Of a stretch of DNA of 64,000 nt, positions 39,600 through 48,787 are shown one piece after another. A program made the position numbers and the translations under genes. A model generated the notes under the pieces. The model was given only the letters and a program-made list of their open reading frames with translations, was not told the origin of the DNA and did no database searches. This DNA comes from Candidatus Woesearchaeota archaeon. Lineage in GTDB: Archaea; Nanobdellota; Nanobdellia; Woesearchaeales; JAGVZT01. Location of the stretch: contig JAANXH010000054.1 in the NCBI GenBank assembly GCA_018263355.1, positions 2,779 to 66,778 on the forward strand. Reading direction: 5' to 3'. The first letter of the stretch is position 1. Every line of letters starts with the position of its first letter.

Positions 39600-41078
39600 T
39601 TAACCTCCACATCCGCATGTTCCACCTGTTGCTGCACCACAAGTTGATGAGCCACAACTTCCTCCACAGCTTCCTCTTTTTTGTGCAGGAGCATTATCTA
39701 TCTCTTCTTGGACTGCCTGTTTATCATTAAGATCAATATCTTCTTTAACAATAAATGTGCCAGGAATCATACCCATCCAGCAGCTCCACCTAATATTGCC
39801 CTCCTTGTCAGGTGTAAATTCAATAACTTGTTCTCCCTGCTTTATATCAAACTCAAGACCATATTTTGGTACTTGTATTGCATTATTGCATCCATTTATC
39901 TCTTTTCCATCAATAATCCATTTAACAGGAACTCCTTTTTTCAAAACAAAAGTGTCTGGTTCCCATCCATATCTATTAACTTCCATTCTTATTTCTTGGT
40001 AACCATTGTTTAACACAACTCCATCAAGGTCAACAGAATTCTCAGTACCAAGTGCAGTTGCATAACCCACAATTGATGTGAAATCAAAACCAGTTCCAGT
40101 CAAAACCAATCCATTATTAATCATAACCAAACCTAGAATGATTACAATCGCTCCAGATGCTTTCAATATCTTGTGGGTCATCTTATTTGAGATATAACTT
40201 GTAAGATAACCAAACCCAAGCATAACTGGAAGTGTTCCAAGCCCGAACACAAGTAATAACTTTGCACCTTCAATAAAGCTTCCTGTTCCAGCAGCCATAA
40301 TATAAATTGCCTGCAAAGGTCCGCATGCAAGCATTAGTCCATTTAGTAAACCAATAACTAAAGGATTTGAACTTTTAGACTTCTTTTTAATAGCAAATTT
40401 TGCTAAAAATTCTGGTGTCTTAAACTGTATTTTTCTTAAAACAGGAAAAATATTTAGCATTTTTAATCCATATAAGACCAAGAATAGTCCAGCAAACAAA
40501 CCTATTAATCCTCGCATTAAAGGGGTAAAAGCAACAACTGCTCCAATTAAACCAAATACAGCTCCAATTATAGTATATGAGATTGTTTTACCAAGCCCAT
40601 ACATCAAATGTGATTTATGAGATGTTTTTCCTTCTTTTGCATCTTTTGCAGTATATCCAACAACAAACCCACCGCACATACCAACACAATGAAAACCAGT
40701 AAGCAGTCCAACAATAAATAATAATCCATAACCCATACCCTGGCTTATCTCTGGAAGCTGAATAGAGTCAACAAAACCTAATAAAAAATAGCCCGCAATA
40801 ATCACACCAATAATTGCAAAAATCCAGCCAAACCCCTTTTTAGATTTTTCCTCTGACTCATCTAAAATAAAACATTCATAATTTTTCTCCTCAATCTTGC
40901 TTAAAATATCATCAATATTTGTTTTTGCAGTGTCAAAACTAACATATCCAACCTCTGTTGAAAAATCAAATGTTACTTTTTTAACACCTTTAACCTTTAA
41001 AGCCTGCTTTTTAATAATTTTAGCACAATTATCACAAGTTGTACCTTCTGCAATAAATCCTTTCTTTTCAATAGCCAT
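39600..41078 (-). CDS. fusion protein: HMA metal-binding domain + DsbD_2/CcdA-like membrane domain + cupredoxin-like domain + Gly/Cys-rich tail (start moved to MAIEKKGF; upstream in-frame extension lies in repeat D)
   Basis: TCDNCAKIIKK (HMA); TM HCVGMCGG; IRWSCWMGMIPGTF cupredoxin-like; tail GSCGGSCGSSTCG; GGAGGT 8 nt upstream of ATG at 41078. Confidence 0.7.
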   Translation of the reverse strand: MAIEKKGFIAEGTTCDNCAKIIKKQALKVKGVKKVTFDFSTEVGYVSFDTAKTNIDDILSKIEEKNYECFILDESEEKSKKGFGWIFAIIGVIIAGYFLLGFVDSIQLPEISQGMGYGLLFIVGLLTGFHCVGMCGGFVVGYTAKDAKEGKTSHKSHLMYGLGKTISYTIIGAVFGLIGAVVAFTPLMRGLIGLFAGLFLVLYGLKMLNIFPVLRKIQFKTPEFLAKFAIKKKSKSSNPLVIGLLNGLMLACGPLQAIYIMAAGTGSFIEGAKLLLVFGLGTLPVMLGFGYLTSYISNKMTHKILKASGAIVIILGLVMINNGLVLTGTGFDFTSIVGYATALGTENSVDLDGVVLNNGYQEIRMEVNRYGWEPDTFVLKKGVPVKWIIDGKEINGCNNAIQVPKYGLEFDIKQGEQVIEFTPDKEGNIRWSCWMGMIPGTFIVKEDIDLNDKQAVQEEIDNAPAQKRGSCGGSCGSSTCGAATGGTCGCGG

Positions 41079-41097
41079 ATTTTCTACCTCCAAAATT

Positions 41098-41267
41098 TGG
41101 CCAGTGCTACAAATGGACTGATAGTGGTCAAAATTCGTCTGTGCCGTGGATGACATGAAATGACTTTTTTGTTATTCATGGCGGGGCCAGACGTAGTTTT
41201 TCTGCAGGAAAAACAGAGTAGGATTTTGAACCATATTAGTCACTCTGATACACTGCCAAAATTTGTA
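41098..41267 (-). promoter_or_regulatory. repeat family D copy 1: about 170-nt structured leader element immediately 5' of the HMA-DsbD_2 gene
   Basis: about 90% identical to 61399-61556 with compensatory changes (gccgtgg/tcatggc vs gccatgg/tcgtggc; GGCAGTG/CACTGGCC vs GGCGGTG/CACTGCC). Confidence 0.55.
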
Positions 41268-41421
41268 TCCTTAATTGTGATTGCCATTCTAAGAGGAAAT
41301 CTAAGCATTTATTTATTCCTTAGCTAAGCAAATTTACCCTTCTAACCGTTTAAAACAAATAAATAATTGTCCAAGAACGTTTAAAGACAAATTTTATATA
41401 GGTGTAAGGTAATTTCAAATT

Positions 41422-41964
41422 ATGAAACAAAAGCAGATAAGTACAATAATTATCATCCTCGGCATAGTTTTTGCAGCAGTGATATATAGTGTTAAGGTAA
41501 GAGAAGACAATTATATTGCAAATATTGTTGATGAAACAGGCTCTTGTTATTTATCAGATGGTACATGTCTGCACAAAGATAGAAACATAACAACATATTT
41601 GATTGGAGGTGCTGTCTCTGTTGCAATGCTATTTTTTGGATTATATCTGAGATTTATTGATAAAACTCAGGAATTCTTAGAAAAACACCAAAAACAAGTA
41701 TCAAAAGCACTTTCTAAAGCAAAAAAAGAGGAAAGGAAGAAAGATGAGTTCCAAGCATTCTTGGCAGGGTTTGAAGAGGACGAACAAAAGATCCTTAAAG
41801 CAGTAAAAGATCAGGAAGGCATAAAGCAATCTACTCTCCGCTACAAAACAAATCTATCTAAAACTGCAGTCTCTTTAATTCTCAAATCATTAGAAGAAAA
41901 AGGTTTTGTGAGCAGAAAACCAAGTGGTAAGACAAAAGAAGTTTATCTGGTTAAGAAATTCTAA
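41422..41964 (+). CDS. membrane-anchored winged-helix (MarR-like) transcription regulator
   Basis: N-terminal TM; C-terminal KAVKDQEGIKQSTLRYKTNLSKTAVSLILKSLEEKGFVSRK. Confidence 0.5.
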   Translation: MKQKQISTIIIILGIVFAAVIYSVKVREDNYIANIVDETGSCYLSDGTCLHKDRNITTYLIGGAVSVAMLFFGLYLRFIDKTQEFLEKHQKQVSKALSKAKKEERKKDEFQAFLAGFEEDEQKILKAVKDQEGIKQSTLRYKTNLSKTAVSLILKSLEEKGFVSRKPSGKTKEVYLVKKF

Positions 41965-42021
41965 AACTATCAACTTGGTCACTAATCAAGTCAGCACACT
42001 GCTAAGCAGTTAAAAGTTCTC

Positions 42022-42210
42022 GGCAAAGTCAACTTAATTGTGGAAAGCCCCATAATACCGGTTCAGTCGCCAGTTTGCTAAACTCTCCTTGATATTGTAT
42101 TAAGTCATATTAATAGACGGCAAACTGTTCCCACTGACTCTTACGATCATCGTTGTCTCCTTCACTTAACTCAGGCATTAATGGAGCTAACACAGAGTAG
42201 TTGACTTTGC
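42022..42210. repeat. repeat family E, copy 2: MITE-like element with perfect 13-bp terminal inverted repeats ggcaaagtcaact/agttgactttgcc, in EamA gene leader
   Basis: inverted copy of 32935-33120; same orientation relative to downstream gene as copy 1. Confidence 0.6.
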
Positions 42211-42267
42211 CAAAGTTCTCTAATTTTACCAATAAATTTATTAACAATAATCTTTTGTACAATATTA

Positions 42268-43125
42268 ATGAAACTCAATAAAAAATTATTATATGTTGCA
42301 ATTTTTTCAATCAGCTGGGCATTTGTTATTACAATAAACAAGCATGGCTTGAACTTAGGAACAAAACCTTTTCAATATACAGCACAAACCAATTTCATAA
42401 CAGCAATAATTCTTTCTCTTTTAGTTTTCTTTACAAAAAAACAAGAATTTGCAAAAATTGATAAAAATCTAATCTTAAAGATGATAGCAATAGGATTGTG
42501 TGTTGGTATTGCATACATAACAGGAATTTACGGCCTAAAATTAACATCTTCCATAAACTATGGATTTGTAATTAAAAGCGCAATGATTTTCACAATTATT
42601 CAGGCATATATTTTTCTAAAAGAAAAACTTACAAAACAAAAAATTCTGTTATTAATAGTATTTACAATTGGTGCTTATCTGGTTACAACTGCTGGTAAAT
42701 TATTAATACCTAAACCAGGTGACTTGTTAACTATGGTTGCAGCGCTTGGTTTTAGCAGTGCCAACATTATCCAGAAAAAACTAACAAAGGAAATTGATCC
42801 AGTACTGATTACCTGGGCAAGAATCACCTTTGCATTTTTGACAGTTGCAATTGCATCATTAGTAATTGGAAAAAACATATTTGAGATAATTGCGCCAGTT
42901 CATGTCATTGCAGTAGGGTTTTTATCTGTAATTCTAGTAATTTATCTTGTAAAAACATTATCTGTTGCAAGCGCATCTTATCTAACAATGACGTCAATGA
43001 TAACCCCATTTTTAGTTACAATATTTGGACTAGTTTTTCTAAAAGAAACAATAAACATATTCCAGATAATCGGTGGAATTTTGATTATAGGTTGTGGTGT
43101 ATTGGTACATAAGCTAGATATGTAG
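42268..43125 (+). CDS. EamA/DMT-family transporter
   Basis: 285 aa, 10 TM, two EamA-like halves. Confidence 0.75.
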   Translation: MKLNKKLLYVAIFSISWAFVITINKHGLNLGTKPFQYTAQTNFITAIILSLLVFFTKKQEFAKIDKNLILKMIAIGLCVGIAYITGIYGLKLTSSINYGFVIKSAMIFTIIQAYIFLKEKLTKQKILLLIVFTIGAYLVTTAGKLLIPKPGDLLTMVAALGFSSANIIQKKLTKEIDPVLITWARITFAFLTVAIASLVIGKNIFEIIAPVHVIAVGFLSVILVIYLVKTLSVASASYLTMTSMITPFLVTIFGLVFLKETINIFQIIGGILIIGCGVLVHKLDM

Positions 43126-43140
43126 TTTTTAAAGAATAAA

Positions 43141-46100
43141 TTATTTCAATGTACCATCCAATGGACTTATCTGACTAGCAATAACTTCTAAATTATTGCC
43201 TTGAGAATCAATTTTAACAAGCTGATCATCTAGAACATAAACAATATCTCCATTTGGAGTCCACACTGGATTCTTTTCTATAATCTCTGGACTATTTGTT
43301 AGATTTGTTAAGGTTTGTGATTCTAAATCATAAATCATAACATCAGTATTTGCAAACAAAATTTTACCTTGGTCCAAAGAAACACCTCCCAAGTACATCT
43401 CATCAAGATAATTTTGAGTTAAATTTTCAATACCTAAATTATCAGTATCAACCAGGTAAATTTCAAAATCTTTCTCTGGGTTATTCAAATCCATATCAGA
43501 CCTAAGTAAAATCTGATTGTCAGAAATCCACAATAGTTCATATTCTTCATCAATCTCTGAATTTAAAATAGGTTGAATATCATCAAAATCACTATCAGCC
43601 AAATAAAGATCAGTATCACCATCTTTATCAGAAACAAATGCAATCTTTTTTCCATTAGGAGATAAACTAAACAAAAGGTCAGAAGATATTTTTGGTCCTA
43701 TTGCAAAATCTGACCCATCCATATCAAACGTACCTACCATTGTTCCTAAAGACCTATCTATTTCTCCATCAGTATCTTTATATGGGGCAGCAAAAGCAAT
43801 TTTTTTACTATCCAAAGCCCATACTGGATAATAATTACTAAAGTCCATTCCTCCAGGAGGTGGCAAAAAATCATTGATTTTTAAACTATAAATCAATACT
43901 AAACCTCTGTTCTTTCCTGGATCCTTATGAAAGGCAATTTTTTTCCCATCAGGACTCCAAATAGGTCTTGAAAAATTCTCATAATCACATATTTCTTCTA
44001 TTGTTCCAGTTTCCAAATCAAGAACTTGCCAGGAATCTGGACTTTTTTCAAACACAATTTTTTTTCTATCTGGAGACCAGGAAAAATCTATATCAAATAT
44101 ATCTAAGGAATAATTCACCTCTGAGCCCTCAACAATAAACAGCTTTAGTTCTTGGTCTTGCTTGCCAACAAATGCAAAATTATCCTCTCGTTCTTCTTCT
44201 AAAAAAACCTGGTTGCTTGTCTGGACAACATTTTCCTTTGTTAAGTTATTGTAACCCAGAATTGTGGCCAGAACAACACCTCCAATTACTGCTATGCTAA
44301 CTCCTGTTGTCAACAAAGAAGAAAGATTTGATTCTTTTGCAGTAGAAATTTCAGGCTTCATTCTTTGTGTTGGTTTAGTATTTTCAATAATTTTTTGTTC
44401 AATTGATTCTAGGTCAAGTAATATTTGTTCTAGGTTTTTATTTTCTTTTGATTCATTGATTAGAAAATTAACATGATCCCTTGCTCGCTCAAAATGATAA
44501 GCCTGCTCACTTTGGTTTTGCATATCTTTTGACTTGGAAAAGTCTCTGGCTCTGTATCCTATTAATTCAAGATGTCTTTGCACTGCTGCCTGTCTGTACA
44601 GCAAGTAAAAGTTTTCAAAATCAAATTGCTTTCCAGATTCAGTTTCAACAAAACCAACATAATCATTTAAAAATTCTTTAACTTGGTCATCATTAAAACA
44701 ATTAACAAACTCTAAAATATTTACCAGCTCTAACTGGGTTGGCATTAATCTTAAACCTTCAAAATCAATAGCACCTAATTCTTTGCTTTTGTTAACAACC
44801 CAGTTTCTAAGATTAGAATCTTTATATAATGCTCTTTCAGCACTGACAAGGCTATGATTAATATATTCATATACAGATAAAAATTTGTTTTTTAAACTAA
44901 GATCATCAAAACCATAATAATCTTCTAGTTGACCAAAAAACACATCATCAATTCTATTTGTAAAATATTCTGAGCCACTTGGTCCCAAATTGCTTATTTT
45001 TGATTCATTTCTTCTAGTATAATAAATCTCATAAATCGGATCACTAATATTAATTTCATCTGTAATATTCTGAGCATCTAGTTGGATAAGAGCTAAAGTT
45101 TCCAGTGCTTGTTTTGTTAAATCTTGTGTTAACTCTCCTTTCATAGCTAAAGAATACAAAGTCTCATTTCCAGAATGCTCAGATAAAAAATAGAATAAAT
45201 CATCATGCTCAACAAAGGAAAGAGGATTTGCAATTCTATTTCCAAGCCTCTCTCTAAAATAAGTTGTTGCATTAAACTCTTCTTGTAATTGTTGTGCATT
45301 AGTTCCTCTTTTAAAAATCAGGCTTTTTTGTAAAAATTCAGAAGCAGCATAAGTCATTACTTCATTTCTGCTTTCACCAATAATTTCAAATGCTTCTTGA
45401 TCATCTAGTACCATACTAGTAATTGTCTCAAACTCAAAATCAGCTCTGTTATTTAATCCTATTCCCTGACAAAAATTAGCATATAATAAGTGGTACTCAA
45501 CATTTTCAGGATTATTAGAAAGCAGAATCTTAAGATTAAGATCTGCAAGAGAATACTCTCTGTTTTTTGCAGAATGTACAAAAGACTTAAAATTATTTAA
45601 ACCAAGCATACCGTAAATAATATTATTCTTAAACCAAGTAAATGCTCTAATTGGATTAATCTTTTTTAGGCTTGAGAAAACTAAATCAAAAGGATTTGTA
45701 TAATCTCTCCTTTTTGCAGGCATTTTTGCAGCTTGTGCAAATTCCATTAAAGCATCTCCAGTCTTGTCGGCTTTAAGATACAGTTTTCCTAATTTTGTGT
45801 GATTTGCAATTTCATTTTCTATTGTTGTTGGAACTTGCATAATCTGATTCATATGTTCAATTGCCCTTGAGTGATTATTAAATAAACTATTTACTTTGGA
45901 CAAAAGATTATGTTTGACCAAAAATAAACTGTCTGTGTGCAGAAACCAGGATAATGCACTTGTTCCTAGATAGGATAAAGTAGATATAGCTAAAGACTGT
46001 AAGCATGTTCTAAAAGCAAGCAAGCCCAAATTAGCATCTGCTATGCCCCAGGTACTTGCATAATTATTCCAAAGATATGCAAAACTACCTACTCCACTAA

Positions 46101-46752
46101 CTCCTGCTACAACCTCAGGATGTTCAAAAACCCAATTGTATAAACCTTTAAATAAATTTGGTTCGTGTTCATTTTGTTCTCTATATTGCTTAAAACCTCT
46201 TTTAAGAAGTTCATTGTTCCTTGCAAAATGAGCTGATAAAGTTCCAGCAGCATAAGCTGGGAATGTAAAAGCAAACAACAATGTTGGGTCAAATTTAAGT
46301 GTTGGATCAATATCATTAAGAAAAGCAAACCAGGAGAGATGAGATGCTATTCCAACAAGTTTTGGATTATTTATTAAAGCAAGTTTTGCTTTTTGAAAAA
46401 TACCTTCTCCCTCAGGTTCAATTCTTTGCATTTTGTCCCATCCATAGTCTTTTAATAAAGAGAAACCCAGACTTTGGCCATAATAAGACCATAAAAATGT
46501 ATTAATCATTGTTTCTAAGTCAGGATCAGTTCCAAAAATAAATGGTGTATAAGTAGTTGCTAAGGAAGTAATAAGTCCTTGTAGATTTGGGTGTATTTTA
46601 AACAAATAAGCTAAAAATTCTGTTCTATTTTTGTAAGGGACTATGTTCTCAGCCAATTCAGGGTATGATTTCAAATCAGGTAAATCTAAATAATATTCTT
46701 CTAATATACTAAAAATATCTTCTACTTGCTCTTGAGTCTCAGAGCTCATAAC
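43141..46752 (-). CDS. giant single-pass membrane protein: large N-terminal cytoplasmic domain, one TM, C-terminal TolB-like (PD40) beta-propeller (start moved to MVMSSETQ)
   Basis: TM SSLLTTGVSIAVIGGVVLATILGY; PD40-like repeats SWSPDRKKIVF, WSPDGKKIAFH, LSPNGKKIAFVSDKDGDTDLY. Confidence 0.7.
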   Translation of the reverse strand, partial: VMSSETQEQVEDIFSILEEYYLDLPDLKSYPELAENIVPYKNRTEFLAYLFKIHPNLQGLITSLATTYTPFIFGTDPDLETMINTFLWSYYGQSLGFSLLKDYGWDKMQRIEPEGEGIFQKAKLALINNPKLVGIASHLSWFAFLNDIDPTLKFDPTLLFAFTFPAYAAGTLSAHFARNNELLKRGFKQYREQNEHEPNLFKGLYNWVFEHPEVVAGVSGVGSFAYLWNNYASTWGIADANLGLLAFRTCLQSLAISTLSYLGTSALSWFLHTDSLFLVKHNLLSKVNSLFNNHSRAIEHMNQIMQVPTTIENEIANHTKLGKLYLKADKTGDALMEFAQAAKMPAKRRDYTNPFDLVFSSLKKINPIRAFTWFKNNIIYGMLGLNNFKSFVHSAKNREYSLADLNLKILLSNNPENVEYHLLYANFCQGIGLNNRADFEFETITSMVLDDQEAFEIIGESRNEVMTYAASEFLQKSLIFKRGTNAQQLQEEFNATTYFRERLGNRIANPLSFVEHDDLFYFLSEHSGNETLYSLAMKGELTQDLTKQALETLALIQLDAQNITDEINISDPIYEIYYTRRNESKISNLGPSGSEYFTNRIDDVFFGQLEDYYGFDDLSLKNKFLSVYEYINHSLVSAERALYKDSNLRNWVVNKSKELGAIDFEGLRLMPTQLELVNILEFVNCFNDDQVKEFLNDYVGFVETESGKQFDFENFYLLYRQAAVQRHLELIGYRARDFSKSKDMQNQSEQAYHFERARDHVNFLINESKENKNLEQILLDLESIEQKIIENTKPTQRMKPEISTAKESNLSSLLTTGVSIAVIGGVVLATILGYNNLTKENVVQTSNQVFLEEEREDNFAFVGKQDQELKLFIVEGSEVNYSLDIFDIDFSWSPDRKKIVFEKSPDSWQVLDLETGTIEEICDYENFSRPIWSPDGKKIAFHKDPGKNRGLVLIYSLKINDFLPPPGGMDFSNYYPVWALDSKKIAFAAPYKDTDGEIDRSLGTMVGTFDMDGSDFAIGPKISSDLLFSLSPNGKKIAFVSDKDGDTDLYLADSDFDDIQPILNSEIDEEYELLWISDNQILLRSDMDLNNPEKDFEIYLVDTDNLGIENLTQNYLDEMYLGGVSLDQGKILFANTDVMIYDLESQTLTNLTNSPEIIEKNPVWTPNGDIVYVLDDQLVKIDSQGNNLEVIASQISPLDGTLK

Positions 46753-46813
46753 CATCCCCCTGCCAGTAAATATAGTAAAAACATATATAAAACTTTTTGA
46801 TTTTAGGTATTTT

Positions 46814-47191
46814 ATGAAGTTTACAGCATATGGACACCCAAACATAAGATCTACACATAAAAATACACTTGAGTTTACAAAAGATCTGCATCTTACTGTT
46901 AAAGGAGACTGTATTATAGGAGTTAAAGCTGATTTTGCGCTGGAAAAGATCAAACCTCTGCTCAAAAAAAATAAAATCAAGATAATTGTAAAAGTTGAAG
47001 ATCAAACAGTAATATGTAATGCAAATATTAACAAGGATTTTTGTTCAGAACATGAAATTGTGATAAGAAGATCAAACTTTTTGTCAGACAGAACTTTAGG
47101 AATAAAAGCTGACAAAGTTGCAACAGACTTTTTACATATCATTAATAAACTTCAGAATCCTAATCAAAAAATACTAGTTGAAATCATATGA
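46814..47191 (+). CDS. DUF371-like archaeal protein
   Basis: MKFTAYGHPNIRSTHKNTLEFTKD..GDCIIGV; 4-nt overlap with downstream PUA gene. Confidence 0.5.
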   Translation: MKFTAYGHPNIRSTHKNTLEFTKDLHLTVKGDCIIGVKADFALEKIKPLLKKNKIKIIVKVEDQTVICNANINKDFCSEHEIVIRRSNFLSDRTLGIKADKVATDFLHIINKLQNPNQKILVEII

Positions 47192-47631
47192 GAAAAAGGT
47201 TATCAGGAAAAGAAATTAAGGAGCTAAACCCTAAAATTGAGAAATTTGGAGTATCTTATCACAAAAAAGACAATGTTGTGATCTCTGACAGGATATTATT
47301 GTTAGATAATGAACCTCAGTTTTTTTATTATAAAGAGCAGCTAGCCCCAACATTAAAGCTTGAATTAAAAAATCAAATTCTTCCACAAGTAACAATAGAT
47401 ATGCCTGCAGTAAAATTTATTGCTGATGGAGCAGATGTGATGAGACCAGGAATAACACAAGTTGATAAATTTGATAAAAATGATATTGTTGCAATAGTTG
47501 ATGAAACACATCACAAAGCAATAGCTATTGGCAAAGCCAAATTCTCCTCAGAACAAATCAATAAAATGCAAAAAGGAAAAGTAATTGAAAACCTGCATCA
47601 TGTAGGAGATGAGATATGGGATTTTGTATAA
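47188..47631 (+). CDS. PUA-domain protein
   Basis: GADVMRPGI..VAIVDE..AIGKA PUA signature. Confidence 0.6.
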   Translation: MRKRLSGKEIKELNPKIEKFGVSYHKKDNVVISDRILLLDNEPQFFYYKEQLAPTLKLELKNQILPQVTIDMPAVKFIADGADVMRPGITQVDKFDKNDIVAIVDETHHKAIAIGKAKFSSEQINKMQKGKVIENLHHVGDEIWDFV

Positions 47632-47679
47632 TTGAATAATTTAAGATTCTGATTTCTGCATTATAGCTTATTAAATTGA

Positions 47680-48378
47680 TTAATCAAGATCAGATGGAGT
47701 GTATCTTAGGACAGCCACCCAATCTCCAATTATCTGATCAAGGAAAAATCCTTCTTCAATCATGTTTTGAACAAGTTTGTTATTTTTGCCAGCGTACTCT
47801 AATCTAGAATCTTTCTCTCCTATTTTATCATCAAAAAATCTGGTTGTTGTTCCTATGCCTCTCTCTGCTAGGACAAGCTTTCCATGAGGTTTCAAAATTC
47901 TTTGTAATTCCAGTCTAAATGTATTGCTACCCATAATATAATTGCTAAATATATTTTCAAATGGACCTAGCCTACCCATTCCAAAAGCACTTAATACAAC
48001 CATATCAACAGTATTTTCTTTAAGAGGGCAATGGTATGGGAACTCTCCTTGAATTATCTTTATTTGTCCAGGTTCTAATTCTTTTTGCATTTGTTTAGAA
48101 AGATATCCTGATTCTGCATAAATCTCAATCAAATTCTGAATACTTTCTAGTCTGCTATCTAGCTGGATTACAGCATTTCTTCTTTCAGCAACCTTTGCGT
48201 AGTAAGGAATTGCAACACAATCTGCACAGCCTAAGTCAAGGATTGTTAAGTCTTGCAATTCACCAAGGAATTCCACAAATTCTGGATCATATCTCTTTGA
48301 AAAATCATCTTTTTCTTGTTTCAAAGATATTTTCTTGGTATTGGTTGTATCAGAGTACATGATAATAGGTTCCTTCAT
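47680..48378 (-). CDS. SAM-dependent methyltransferase
   Basis: motif I ILDLGCADC. Confidence 0.55.
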   Translation of the reverse strand: MKEPIIMYSDTTNTKKISLKQEKDDFSKRYDPEFVEFLGELQDLTILDLGCADCVAIPYYAKVAERRNAVIQLDSRLESIQNLIEIYAESGYLSKQMQKELEPGQIKIIQGEFPYHCPLKENTVDMVVLSAFGMGRLGPFENIFSNYIMGSNTFRLELQRILKPHGKLVLAERGIGTTTRFFDDKIGEKDSRLEYAGKNNKLVQNMIEEGFFLDQIIGDWVAVLRYTPSDLD

Positions 48379-48787
48379 ATTTTAAAAAAATGTTTTAAGA
48401 TTAATAAATCTTTGCTTTTTTAATCACTATTTAGTTACAAAGTGTTTTGAATATTAAAGTAATATAACATGGTTTAATCTCATAAACATAAGAAATTTAA
48501 ATAACAATAACATATTATATAATGCTAGGTGACTCATTAAACACGTGTTTTAATGGTTCAAGAGAGTATTTATTACATAAATAACACTGATTTTACAAAT
48601 ATAACATTTAATGTGACAAATATCACTAATTACATAGAAAACACAATTCTATATATGATTATTTGAAAGATAGTCATATATAAACAATATATAAAATCAA
48701 TAAATCCGTAATTTGCACATATTTTATCATTCGAAAGTAGTAAGATTTATATATGTGAAAAATCTACCATTTAATAGGTTTTGCAAA

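Noticed and set aside
39600-41156. ORF-track starts that add MSSTAQTNFDH.. / MSSMAQTNFDH.. N-terminal extensions to the DsbD_2 fusion and mscL genes
   Set aside because: The extensions are encoded by repeat family D. Differences between copies are non-synonymous but structure-compensating at the RNA level. Downstream ATGs have SD-like sequences and begin the conserved protein regions.
41180-41240. T-loop-like GGTTCAAAATCC inside repeat family D, suggesting a tRNA
   Set aside because: The G preceding TTCAAAA is T in the second copy (61399-61556), no complementary T-stem exists, and no acceptor pairing was found.
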